The notes under the pieces: generated by a model
The model's input: the letters and a program-made list of their open reading frames with translations, nothing else
Told to the model about the DNA's origin: nothing
Database searches by the model: none
Shown: positions 23,402 through 34,171 of the stretch, in pieces
Layout: every line of letters begins with the position of its first letter
How positions within the stretch are numbered: the first letter of the stretch is position 1
Made by a program: the position numbers and the translations under genes
DNA from: Hyaloraphidium curvatum SAG 235-1
Taxonomy: Eukaryota > Fungi > Monoblepharomycota
Assembly: GCA_025558095.1 (NCBI GenBank)
Contig: JAIVFI010000012.1
Location: 124,001-188,000, forward strand
Direction: 5' to 3'
DNA: 64,000 nt

Positions 23402-23557
23402 GGGGGCACACTGGACCGAGGGCAAGCGATTCGCCCTCACACAAGGGGAAAAAATCTCGCGTTGAATCGCACTTGGCGGGGACTGGGATGTACTCTGAGA
23501 AAATCGTTGAATCTATGTCCTCGGGACGGCTCCATCCGTGACGTCTCGCACCCCTGC

Positions 23558-24222
23558 TCATAGCGATCCGGCCGTCATCTTCCCGGCCACGCCCAGCAGA
23601 TGGTCCACGACCTTCTCGACGTTCTCCTTCGCCCTCGGGTCCTTCAGCGCGCCGTGCTCGTCAAAGGCATCGAACGCCCTCCCCAGCGCAAACTGCGTCG
23701 GCACGAGCATGAAGCCGATCGTCTGGCCCAGGAACATCCGGACCGCCGTCAGCGAGCGGATCCCGCCAAATGCACCCGGTGAGGCGGCCATGAGCGCCCC
23801 GGGCTTGCCGTTGGTCACCGTGAGGCCGTCGGGATGGGAGGAGGTCGCGCCCACGCGGCTCAACCAGTCGAGCGAGTTAAGGAGGAGTGGGGTGGGGAAC
23901 GAATTGTACTCGGGCGTCACAAAGAGGACCTTTGGAGGCAGGAAAGCACATCAGCCGAGGCGGGACACCATTGTGACCCGAGGCAACCCACCGCATCGCT
24001 TTCGTGGATCGCTGTGACCAGCGTCTCGGCCCCCTTCGGCACTCCTTTCTCCTTCTCCAAATCGCCGTCGTATATCGGCAGGTCCAGCGCCCTGAGGTCG
24101 AGCACGGTCGTCTGCGCTCCCTTGCTCTTGGCGATGCCTTCGGCGACGTGTGCGAGCTTCTTGTTGAGTGAGCCCGTCCGAGCGCTCCCGGGGATGATTA
24201 GGAGGCGAATCGCGCGGGACAT
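23558..24222 (-). CDS. NADPH-dependent FMN reductase (ChrR/SsuE-like)
   Basis: PGSARTGSLN, LDLPIYDGDLE, TPEYNS, LNSLDWLSR, ASPGAFGG; one intron ~23931-23991. Confidence 0.9.
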
Positions 24223-24944
24223 CGCGTCGGGCGCGGGCGAAGGGGAATGCGGGCGTTTGGCCGGGACCTCCAGCGCGAGATGAGGCGAATGGCGCGGTCG
24301 GGCGAGATTTGCGGCGACGGAGGTTTCGCGATCGGGAAATCGGCAGCCCGAACAATAAACAGAGAAGGCGGGACCCCGGCGGCAGGCATTTGGCGCGATG
24401 GAACCTCGCTGGAGCACGCCGGGCAGCACGCCCGCGGCGGCGCCGGGGGGCCGCGAGGCGTGGCGAGACGACGGTATCAATCGGGTGATAGTCTAGCTTG
24501 AGTGGCACGGGAGGCGCTAGGGCAGGGACAAAGGCCCGGAATCGGACGACTGTCCGCGAGTGAATGTCACCGGCTCCTTTCCGAGGTTCCGAGGGAGGGT
24601 GCCAATGCTGGGCCCAGGGTCAAGCACTGAGCGTTCGGGCGGCCAGCAGGGCGCGATCAGGAGCTTGTCGAGGGGAGGGCCGTTCGGAGTCTCGACCACG
24701 CCCTGGACCTCGCGTTCGATAATGTTACTAGCAAGCGGCGTCGAGCTCTGCAGCTCGATAAGTGGTCGCTCCCCGGGAGCAGAGTGCTCTCCTCTGTCGC
24801 GGCGGGCGAGACTCAAATCGGCAAGCGGCTCAACATACTGCAGGCTGACCAGGGGACGGAACTGGGGAGTTACTGATGATAAGGCGGGCATTGTATGAGC
24901 CGGAGTAATTCACCGGCAACCTCGCCGTATTGGTGGTGCAGTGG

Positions 24945-24982
24945 TCGAAACTTGTCCGGTCACTCGAAACTTGTCCGCTCAC
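24945..24982. repeat. 19-bp tandem duplication
   Basis: TCGAAACTTGTCCGGTCAC followed by TCGAAACTTGTCCGCTCAC (one mismatch). Confidence 0.85.
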
Positions 24983-25874
24983 TACAATGTGCATGCAAAA
25001 AAGACTTCGCGTTCCGCGCACAAAGAGGCCCCTCCTTCACAGCAGTCGAAGTACCCGCCGTGGTGACCTACCGTACCGTGTTCCAGAGGGTTGGGTGCCC
25101 AAGCCGTTGAGCGTCACGAGCGCCCTGTGGTTATCGTGGCTTTCGGTGCACCCCGTCGACGGAGAATCAATTCTCACCTTTGATTTGGAGGTTGTTGGAG
25201 GTTGCCGCGTCCAATATGACAGTCGAATTGACCGTGGTGAAGCGGAGGCGGGCGGATCGGTTCGGTGAGCGATCAACGTCTAAAGGAGCACCACAAGTGG
25301 TCAGTCGGCGGGGTGGCCTTGTGTCCACCGCGCGAGCAGGCAAGACGGGAGGAGAGCAAAGGCGTGGGCGTGTTTGGATTCGGCGTATCCTGCGGGGGGC
25401 GCGCCTCCGAGTCACGAACCAACAGCCATTACGATCGTCGAACGCTAACCGCACACCAGCGCCAATGGCATGACGCACAGGGTGGAAGCAGCGAACTACT
25501 TTTTGAATCGTGAGCAGAATACGGGCTATTGGAAACGTAGGGAAGGAGCAGCACCTGTCAGGCTCCCACGCCTGACTCAGGGGTTCTGGCTCCTGACCTT
25601 CTAGTAGGACGCCTGGGGGACCAGGGCAACCTGGTCAATGTGCCTTTTAGGCCGGCGGCCCATTGACCCCAGGCAGTGGCGTCGTGACAGCACCACCGCA
25701 TGCCTAGCCCGTTGATGGCCACTTGGGAAAAGAAGTATGAAGCACATGTGAGAGATAATGAGGATATTTGCCATGTGAGTACATGGATTGAGATATCAAT
25801 GAGGTCTAGAGCAGCAGTTAATTGGAGAGATGTGCCCAACGGGCGAAGCGCCGACACGTTTCTCCGCCACAACC

Positions 25875-26420
25875 CTAGGTGCAATTGGTCCACGTGTTCA
25901 TGCTCTCCCCCGACGACACCACCGTGCACGACGAGTAGCAGTAGCAGTTTTGGTTTCCGTCGTCCCAAACCAAGCTCGCCACTCCCTTAGTCCCCACGCA
26001 GTGCGAGTAGCAGGAGGTGGAGGGGCCGATGCCGTTGACCGTGTCAACGAGGACGCTGTCTCCGCCGCCGCACGCGGCGCCCGAGTGGTACGTGCAGGAG
26101 TCCATGTAGCTTCGGGGCGGGGTCAGTTGTGCGCGAGCAAGGAGGCGGGGCAAGGGGCCGCTACCAACCGGCGGAAGAGGCGCGCGGAACTGCCGTACTG
26201 CACGCAGGCGACGTGGTCTTCGGGGGCGCCGGGATAGGCAAACTCGCTATGTGGGGTCAGAGGCGTGCGCTGGCCGGGGTCGGCGAGCGCACCAGAACAG
26301 GCCGTCGGCGCAGTCGGCGCACGAGCGGCGGAAAACGGCGCGGGCGGGGGGCGCGGCGCGTGCAGGAAGGGCGGAAAGGAAGGACAGGGCAATGACGATG
26401 GCGCCCACCAGTGGGCGCAT
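25875..26420 (-). CDS. Small secreted Cys-rich protein
   Basis: Signal peptide MRPLVGAIVIALSFLSALPARA; exons SCADCADGLF / FAYPGAPEDHVACVQYG / SYMDSCTYH...CYCYSSC...WTNCT*, separated by short introns. Confidence 0.7.
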
Positions 26421-27204
26421 GTTGCTGGTGTGCGGCAGTTCGGTTGGTGGGGTGTCAGGGAACCAATGAGGGATCGGGATTGACTCACGTCCGCTCCGAT
26501 CCTCCGATCCCTCAGTGGAGTCACACCGCTCACTCACTTCCCCAAAAGGAAGCATACACCATCGCGCACATAGGCATCCGCAACGAGCGGCCGCCGTTTG
26601 CCAACAGTCTGCTTTCGAAATCTGCCAGGCCGGTTGGCTTGCGAGATATGGCTGACAGGCCGGTCATTTAGCGCCCTCCCCGTGCCCCTATTCCGGAGCG
26701 CCGCGGCGATCATCTCGCACGCCTTCGCTCCCTCCGGCCGGGGACGAAGATGAGGCGCGCCGATCTGGCGCGAGCCTATGTCTACTGCTCCGACGTGCCA
26801 CACCCAGGTGCCCGCACGTGCCGTCCCATCCGGCACGCTCCGTGCCCATCCACGTCTCTCCCGGCGCGAGTGGACCGAGCGAACCCTCGTCGGGCTCAGG
26901 TTAGCAGGTGGACGATGCCATCGCGGGATCGACGCGCAGGGAGTCCCCCGAATCTCCGAAGCAAAGTCTCGTTCCTTTCGTGATGCAGCAAAGACGCAAG
27001 CAACTTCTACAGATTCGAGAGCTTCTCCTTGCCGGCGACTCTCGACTGTCTGCACGCACTCACGTGCCCAGCTCGGGTTCGAACCAGTACAACGGCTCCT
27101 TGACCTGCGTCTGGTCGAATCCGGCCTTCTTGTGCTCGAATTTCAGGTTCTTCAAGGTCGAAGTGATCTTTGAAAAGACCTGTGGCAATTTCTTTCATCG
27201 TCCG

Positions 27205-27470
27205 GCCCCGCAGGCTCATTTACAACCCCCGCTTCTGCGACGCCTTCCTTCCCGACGGCCGGCAGTGGCGGCAGCCTGGACCCCGTCCTTCGTGGACGGA
27301 CGATGCGGCCGGCATCCCAGGCCAACGGACCGCACGAGGACGCCGGCGGCGGCGAGGATGGCGCCGGGCTTTGGCAAGCTCGCGCGGGGCGGAGGTGGTG
27401 GTGGGATCGGAGCCCAGGCGCGAGTTTTGACGGATGGAAGAATGTTGGACTGCATACGGCTTCGCGCATT
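27205..27470 (+). pseudogene. Degenerate copy of the 3' part and 3' flank of the 40906-41938 gene
   Basis: RLIYNPRFCDAFLPDG..WTPSFVDGRC..HPRPTDR..RMAPG matches 40869-41128 (minus) with frameshifts. Confidence 0.85.
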
Positions 27471-27510
27471 GAATTGCAATCGCTGTAGCAGCTTGTACAG
27501 TTCATTGATC

Positions 27511-28866
27511 TCAGAGCTTCGACAGGATCTTGTTGGACGCGGCGTCGTCGAGACGCTCGATGACTGCGGAACGCGAAGAGATCAGCTCCTGAAGTCCAAA
27601 TCCTGGTGTCAGTACCCACTCATTGCGTTGGCCATGCCGCCTCCCTCGCAGATCGTCTCGAGGCCGTACTTCGCCCCCCTCCGTTCCATCTCGTGCAGCA
27701 GCGTCGTCATGAGCTTCGCGCCGGTGCCGCCCAGGGGGTGGCCGAGCGCCATCGCGCCCCCGTTGACGTTGAGCTTCTCGTGCTTGGCTCCCACTTCCTT
27801 CATCCACGCGGCCGGCACGGAGGCGAAAGCTTCGTTGACCTCGTACAGGTCAATGTCGTCGATGCTCATGTTGGCCTTCTTGAGCACCTGCTTGGTCGCG
27901 CGAATCGGTCCTGCCAGCATCATCACTGGATCTTCGGCGATCACGGTGGCCGCGACGATCCGGGCGCGCGGCTTGAGCTCCGGGTTGATGGCGCGTAGCT
28001 TCTTGAGGCCTTCGTCGTTGACGATAAGCACCGCGGCCGCGCCATCGCAGATCTGCGACGACAGGCCGGCGGTGATCACGCCGCCGGGGGCCAGCGTCGG
28101 CAGCGCCGCGAGGCCCTCCATGGAGGTGTCGGCACGGATGCCCTCGTCCGTGTCGTGGAGCACCTCCTTGGACGGGTTCTTGGGGTCGATCCCGACGAGC
28201 GGCAGGATCTCGCGCTTGAACCGGCCCTCCTTGGTCGCCTGCACGGCGCGGGCGTGGGAAGCGACGGCGAGCTCCTCGAGGCCCTTGCGGTCCAGGCCGA
28301 ACCGCTTGACGACGATCTCTGCGCCCTCGAACTGCGAGAAGTCGACGCCTGGGTACCGCTCGGCGACGCCCTTGGCGTCGTTGGGCAGGCCGAGGCCAGC
28401 CTTGGCGCCCAGGACGGCTGCGGATCCAATTGGAACCACGCTCATCGACTCAACCCCGGCAGCGACGACGACGTCCTGGATGCCTGACATGACGGCCTGG
28501 ACGGCGAACTGGATCGCCTGGAGGGACGAGCCGCAGGCCCTGTATAGAAATGCGCTGTCAGTGGTTGTCTCCACGACGCTTGATTGTAGCCCACCTGTCC
28601 ACGGTCGTTGCGGGCACCGATTCCGGCAGCCCGGCCGCGAGCACCATGTTGCGGCCGATGTTGGCGGCCTGCGCGCCGACCTGCCCCGTGCAGCCGACGA
28701 CGACGTCGTCGACGACCGCGGCATCCTCGCCCGCCACGCCGGCGCGCTTGAGCACCTCCTTGACGACCGCGCCGCCGAGGTCGCCCGGCCGCCACTTGGA
28801 CAGGCGCCCGTTCTTGCGGCCGCCCGCGGTGCGGACGGCGGAGACGATGTACGCGTTCTGCGGCAT
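27511..28866 (-). CDS. Thiolase (acetyl-CoA C-acyltransferase) with C-terminal PTS1 (SKL)
   Basis: AVRTAGG, TVDR|ACGSS (catalytic Cys), NEAFA, GHPLGGTG, CEGGG; last exon IERLDDAASNKILSKL*; introns near 28541-28596 and 27565-27620. Confidence 0.93.
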
Positions 28867-29113
28867 GGTTTTCCGGGGCGGATTGCGTCGAGCAGAGATG
28901 CAGCGACCTGTTTGCGGTGGGGGACGGCTCCACCTGGCGGCAAGGTGTGGCAAGAGAGCCCGCGCGCCGCGGTGGCCGGCGGCGACAGGACACACGGCAG
29001 CCATATACGCAGGCTCACAAGACGATTGCTCCATTCAGGATCAAACAGATGGATGCAAACGACGACGGCAACAACAGCACAAGAATCGAGCCCGACGCAG
29101 CTAATTGCCCGCC

Positions 29114-30395
29114 CTAGAGCTTGGCCCCTGGCGTGCCCCTCAGCACCACCTCCCTGTTCAGCAGCCTCTTGAGGAACGCGTTCCCCTTTGCCTTGTCCGC
29201 GTCCTGCTTGGACAGAGGCAGCGACCGCCCCCCGTCGGCCCACGCCGCAATCGTCTCGACGGCGGAGCGGTACGCGACCGAGTAGAACTCGTCGACGACG
29301 TCTGCGCGGCGGGCGCGAGGTCAGCCAGTCCGGCACCTCGTCGCTACGCCGGATACCCACATCCAATGTGCGGCGTCGCCACCACCCTCTCCGGATGCTC
29401 CCTCGCCGCCTTCCTGATCCCCGCATCCGGCGGCACCGGCTCCTCCACGAACGTGTCCAGCCCCGCCGCCACCCTACCCTCTTGCACCGCCTCGGCGAGC
29501 GCCTCCTCGTCCACCAGCGCGCCCCTGGAGGTGTTGACCAGCACGCTGCCCGGCCTTATTTTCGCGAGCATCTCCCGCGATACGAGGCCGCGCGTGCGGG
29601 GGGAGAGGACGAGGTGCAGGGTGACGACGTCCGAGGCGGATAGGAGGTCCGCGAGGGAGGGGGCGAGGGAGATGGGGAGGTTCAGGGAATCGATGCGGGA
29701 TTGGGTGAGGTTCTGGGACCAGGCAATGACCTGTGGTGCGCGGTAGCGGACGGTCAGCTGCCGCCTCTGGGGTGGGATTGCGGCAACCCCGCAGGCGCCC
29801 ACCTTCATCCCGAACGCGACGCCGACGCGGGCGACGGAGCTCCCGATTCTGCCCAGACCCACCACGCCCAGCGTCTTGCCCTCCAGCCCCGTTCCCATGG
29901 TCGATTGCCACCCGCCGGCCTTGAAACCCGCGTCCTCGACGGGAAGTTTACGCAACACGGCCAGGATCAGAGCCCAGGTGAGCTCGGCGGTGGAATTGCC
30001 CGCGGCGGCGGTGCCGCAGACGGCGATGCCGAGCTCCGTGGCCGCCTCTGCCGTCCGAAATGAGAAAATGAGTGCCCTGGAAGCGCGCGAACGGGCGCGG
30101 GAGACGCACTCATGTCGAACGACGCGTTTCCCATCCCCGTCGTGATCAGAAGCTTCAGGTTGGGCAGCTTCTCCAGCAGCGCTCGCGGCATTGGCGTCCT
30201 CTCCCTCATGCACAGTACCGCATCGAAGGGTTCAAGCCGCTCCGCGAGCGCGGGCACCAGCGAGGCGGGCAGCGGGTTCCTCCCGAGCACGTCGTGGAAG
30301 AAGGCGACGTCGATGCCGCGGCGGCGCAGCGAGTCCCAGTCGCCGAACGTCGGGGCGACGCGCTGGTAGTCGTCGAGCACGGCGACGCGGACCAT
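29114..30395 (-). CDS. D-isomer-specific 2-hydroxyacid dehydrogenase with C-terminal PTS1 (AKL)
   Basis: MVRVAVLDDYQ, MRERTP, TTGMGNASFD, GLGRIG, VNTSRG, TPHIG|Y; three introns; last exon ends ...RGTPGAKL*. Confidence 0.9.
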
Positions 30396-30492
30396 CGCGG
30401 GATCGCGTTTGAAGGGAGACGCTGCTCTCAGAAGGGATTGGACTGACGGAACCAACCTCGTCGATCCCGAATCCGCGCGAGAAAGGCATGCG

Positions 30493-30825
30493 ATGAAGTA
30501 TCCGGTGACGCCCGACGGCCGCTACTTCGTTGTCCGCGGCCGCCTGTGGCGCTGCTCAGATCCCCGCCTGGACGCCGGCACCCGCGCCCGGCTGACACGC
30601 GAGCTGATGGCCGCGCGGCGTGAGGTCGGGGACGCTCTCAAGTCGGGGGACCAACATCACCTGCGTGCCGCGAGGGACAAGGTGGACGCGGCGAAGAGGA
30701 CGCTGGGCGAGCGGGGGCCGCCGTGGTGGGACGATGGGCAACCGGACCTGAACCGGAGGATGGCGCGGGATACGGACTACAGAGAATGGTTCGAGGGGCT
30801 GCCGGGCGCGAAGGGCGGCAAATGA
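30493..30825 (+). CDS. Small conserved hypothetical protein of bacterial type
   Basis: Intronless TPDGRYFVVRGRLWRCSDP...LMAARR...VDAAKxxLGERGPPWW pattern, which I recall from bacterial hypothetical proteins; not verified by search. Confidence 0.75.
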   Translation: MKYPVTPDGRYFVVRGRLWRCSDPRLDAGTRARLTRELMAARREVGDALKSGDQHHLRAARDKVDAAKRTLGERGPPWWDDGQPDLNRRMARDTDYREWFEGLPGAKGGK

Positions 30826-30938
30826 GTCGCGCGTTGGGCGCGCTGGTGTCGTCGGAGAGGGCGGCGGTGATGGTTGGACGGCGCCACCTCGGTGACGTGT
30901 CGCGATCGCAAGGAATGGACTCCGCAAACAACGTTGCC

Positions 30939-31038
30939 TCACTTCGCCGCCTCCTCGTCCATGACCAGCACGATCGCCCCCCTCTTCCTCCCGCTCTCGG
31001 AATACTCGTGCGCCGCAGCGGCCTCCGCCAGCGGGAAC
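30939..31038 (-). repeat. Duplicated 3' end of the MDR dehydrogenase gene (34172-34268)
   Basis: Near-identical ~85-100 nt encoding FPLAEAAAAHEYSESGRKRGAIVLVMDEEAAK*. Confidence 0.9.
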
Positions 31039-31172
31039 TGAATTCGAGGGACCGATACACCGTCCGTGTATGCTGCGTACAGGAAGAGGGCGAGCTAGCC
31101 TCCGATGTTGGAGCCAACGGGACAGCTACATTCGGATCGGGGTCTACTGTATCCACAATTCCTGCACATGGC

Positions 31173-33644
31173 CTACACGATTGCCCCAGCAACCACCAGA
31201 AAGGCGGAAGAGATCGCAGCTACGAAGCAGGCCCAAGGCAGCGAGTCGCGCGACCGTCCGCGCCCTTCCCCAGACACCCTGCCTGTCTCGATCGCCCCAG
31301 TCGAGACCGTTGTCCGCGCCGCCGTTGGCCTGGCCGTTGGCGATGCCCCCGCCTGGGACTCCGTCGACCTCGCCGTCGACCTAGTCTCCGTGTCCGTCGG
31401 TCCCGCCATTGTCCCCGTGGGGCACGGCGTCGGCTTTCCGCCCGCTAGCATCCGTGCAGCCGCCTCGCACCAGCTCCCCTTCGCGGCCTCCTCCTCAGCT
31501 GTGCAAGTGCGCCTTCCCAGATTGTCCTGCAGCGCCGGCTCCGGCTCTCCTGGCGCGAGCTCCTCGCATCCCGGGCGGTACCACGAGCACCGGACCGCGT
31601 CGGGACCCAGGCACTCGGCCCGGCCCGAGGCAGATAGGCGGACCACCACCGCGTTGCCGTGATCAGCACAGCTTTGCACGCAGTAGATCCACGCGGATGG
31701 GGCAGAAGTGGGGGAAGGAGTAGGAGATGGTCTCGGGGGAAACGCGGTTGGGGTCGTCCTGGGCACGAGCCAAAGCGCCTCGGCGGCGATCCGGCACCAA
31801 CCCTCTTCCTTCGGGCCGCAGACATACCCAACGCTAGGCGAATATGCCGGGGAGGGCTCATCCCGCGCAAGGAGCGAGCACTTTGCGTCTGCGAACCAGC
31901 TGCAACGCTTTGCGACTGGGCCCCAACACTGCGGCACCGTGGCATTGGTCCCATCCGGCTGCGCAACGGTGACCGTGTACGCAGACACGTAGTGTCCGTC
32001 ATCTGCCGGGCTCATTACGCACACACGGCGCGGATCAAACTTTGCGCATGTTGTGGTCTCTGTCCCGAAAGCTGCGGCAACCATGCGAGCGCACCAGGGG
32101 TCCCAGTAGTAAGGACTGGCCATAGGTCGTCTGCAGCTGTAATGATGACCTGCCTTGGTGAATGCGACTGCCGGAGCACTGCACGCGGGGTCGGAGTAAA
32201 TGAATGGCACCGCATTGTGGTCAAACAACTCGTCCCCGGTAGTTTGCTCGATCTGGGCTGACTCAAAGAAGCGCCGACCCCGAATCCATTGCCCTGTGCC
32301 AGGGCAGGCCTCGACACACATCCATTGTCCCAGGTCACCGTCCACAGCGAGGGCCTCCAGAAAGGGTAAGTCCGAGTTAAAGTTCAGCGGCCGAGAGGGA
32401 GCTCCAGGGGGCGCCGTGACGGCAACATTTGCGATGCAAGATCCATCACGTGAGAGGTCACCGAGTGAAATGGTAAGGATGGAAAAGGAGCCATTGGCAT
32501 TGCGCCGGCCGACAAGACCGCCTGCGGCCGTCCACGGCCCCGTGCCGCTCGTGTCGACTTTGGGATCCGTCGGGCCGATGTACGTGCAGTTGAAGCCCAG
32601 CAGCCCCGGCTCCGGGCCGATCTGAGGCGGCTTAGCCTGATCCAAGAGTGCGCGGCCGCGCGCGCAGAAGTGATTCGGCGCTGTTCGGTCCGAGTCAGGC
32701 AAGTCCGCACATGACAGGTAGGGCAAGCCGTGGGTTGCAGGCCCGATGTTGCCAGGTTGGTCGTACTCTGGCTTCAGAACCGAACAGCATGCAGGGGTCA
32801 GCTGCCTGCACTGCCGTTCACTCCACGCCTTCGTGAGGCATGCTACGTCGCCCTTGCCGTCCATCTTGACCATCATGGCCATCTTTCCGTCCTCAGCAGG
32901 AAGGCACAAGTAGCGAGTTCCGCCAGGATCTGCAGCGCCGCCGGGGACGACTCTGGAGCCGCTGCCTAGGGAGGCAAGATCGACAGGGCAGCTCATCGCA
33001 ATCCCGCACCACAGCGTGGCGTTGTCCAAGTGTGCGCCCGTGCGGGGGCGCAAGGTGATGTTGCGAACCGTGAAGGCCGGGGCCCCGGCATAAGCCGGAG
33101 GGCGCAATTCCGCCGGGCCCAGGTCGCGGCCGAACGCAGCTTCCAGCTCATCCCAGGGACAATCGGCTAATGCGTAACACATGGCCTTGGAGTCATGAGA
33201 GCCCCAGCGTGTACGCGGTGCCTCGATGGCGGACCACGCCATTTGGTCCAGCTGGCAGCGTCCAGGGGAGGACGCCACGGTCAAGTTGAGCTCGTAACGC
33301 CATGAGGAAAGGGGCAGCCCATTGCCCGCGGTACAGGCGTAAGGATACGACATCGAGCTGTTGGCAGAGCCGCACGGTTCGGCGCATATCGCTTTGGAGC
33401 GCAGGCAGAAGGAACTGCTGCAAATGTGGTTCGGATCCTCCAGGCATCCGACTTTGCCGGTGGCTGGATCAGTCACGTTCATGTAGGTGAATATCGAAGG
33501 ACCAGAAGAGGCGCGGGCGACGGCGGGGAGCGTGGAGAAGGCCGCGAGCACGAGGAGAAGCACCGCAGCGCAGGACACGGGCGGGCCCCCGCCAAAGTCA
33601 GCTCGCTTCGGGAGCGCAATTGGGTGCAATGTCCGATGCCGCAT
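31173..33644 (-). CDS. Large intronless Cys-rich surface protein with repeated ~80-aa Cys/Trp modules and C-terminal hydrophobic anchor
   Basis: Hydrophobic signal (AAVLLLVLAAFSTL); modules such as CVQSCADHGN...ECLGPDAVRCSWY...C...WC; Thr-rich stalk; hydrophobic tail. Confidence 0.75.
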   Translation of the reverse strand: MRHRTLHPIALPKRADFGGGPPVSCAAVLLLVLAAFSTLPAVARASSGPSIFTYMNVTDPATGKVGCLEDPNHICSSSFCLRSKAICAEPCGSANSSMSYPYACTAGNGLPLSSWRYELNLTVASSPGRCQLDQMAWSAIEAPRTRWGSHDSKAMCYALADCPWDELEAAFGRDLGPAELRPPAYAGAPAFTVRNITLRPRTGAHLDNATLWCGIAMSCPVDLASLGSGSRVVPGGAADPGGTRYLCLPAEDGKMAMMVKMDGKGDVACLTKAWSERQCRQLTPACCSVLKPEYDQPGNIGPATHGLPYLSCADLPDSDRTAPNHFCARGRALLDQAKPPQIGPEPGLLGFNCTYIGPTDPKVDTSGTGPWTAAGGLVGRRNANGSFSILTISLGDLSRDGSCIANVAVTAPPGAPSRPLNFNSDLPFLEALAVDGDLGQWMCVEACPGTGQWIRGRRFFESAQIEQTTGDELFDHNAVPFIYSDPACSAPAVAFTKAGHHYSCRRPMASPYYWDPWCARMVAAAFGTETTTCAKFDPRRVCVMSPADDGHYVSAYTVTVAQPDGTNATVPQCWGPVAKRCSWFADAKCSLLARDEPSPAYSPSVGYVCGPKEEGWCRIAAEALWLVPRTTPTAFPPRPSPTPSPTSAPSAWIYCVQSCADHGNAVVVRLSASGRAECLGPDAVRCSWYRPGCEELAPGEPEPALQDNLGRRTCTAEEEAAKGSWCEAAARMLAGGKPTPCPTGTMAGPTDTETRSTARSTESQAGASPTARPTAARTTVSTGAIETGRVSGEGRGRSRDSLPWACFVAAISSAFLVVAGAIV

Positions 33645-34171
33645 CGAGTGCTTCCTGGGGGGATTCGTTTCAGTTCCTGTTCGTGACTCGACCGAGTGCG
33701 GTGGCGGAGCCAAGTGAGGATCCGGCTCGATCCGGGAACCTAACGTGGTCATCGATCCAAAAAGTTGACCTCCGTGTGGCAAAAAGGAAGCCTTTTGCCA
33801 ATCTAATCATTGCGTCGGCCTCCAATCTTGAGGCGTCGGACCGAAGTCGTTGACCGCCGTCGCCAACCCCGCATGGCGCACCACACACGTCGCGTCCCGA
33901 TTCATCTCCTCCAACACTCTCAGATACTGCACCGTCGCACTTCTCGTTGACCTCGCACGGCGCCTCCGCCCGCACGGCCGCCCGCCGCGCGTCCGCGCAG
34001 GGGACCTGCGCACCGGTCCGCTGCGAAACCTCTCGCAGCCTGCTCCGTATCCTCCCCTGCGTCTCCAGGTCGTCGTAGCCGTACGAGAGCAGCGCCGGCG
34101 CACCGCGCGGGACGCAAGCTTGGAAAACATCGAGGAACGGCACCCCGGATGCATCGGCGTCGTCAGCTGAT

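Noticed and set aside
26908-29172. Long 754-aa plus-strand ORF and similar long overlapping ORFs (e.g. 6565-8019, 42376-44040, 33807-35255)
   Set aside because: These are antisense or shifted shadows of real genes; high GC at third codon positions suppresses stop codons.
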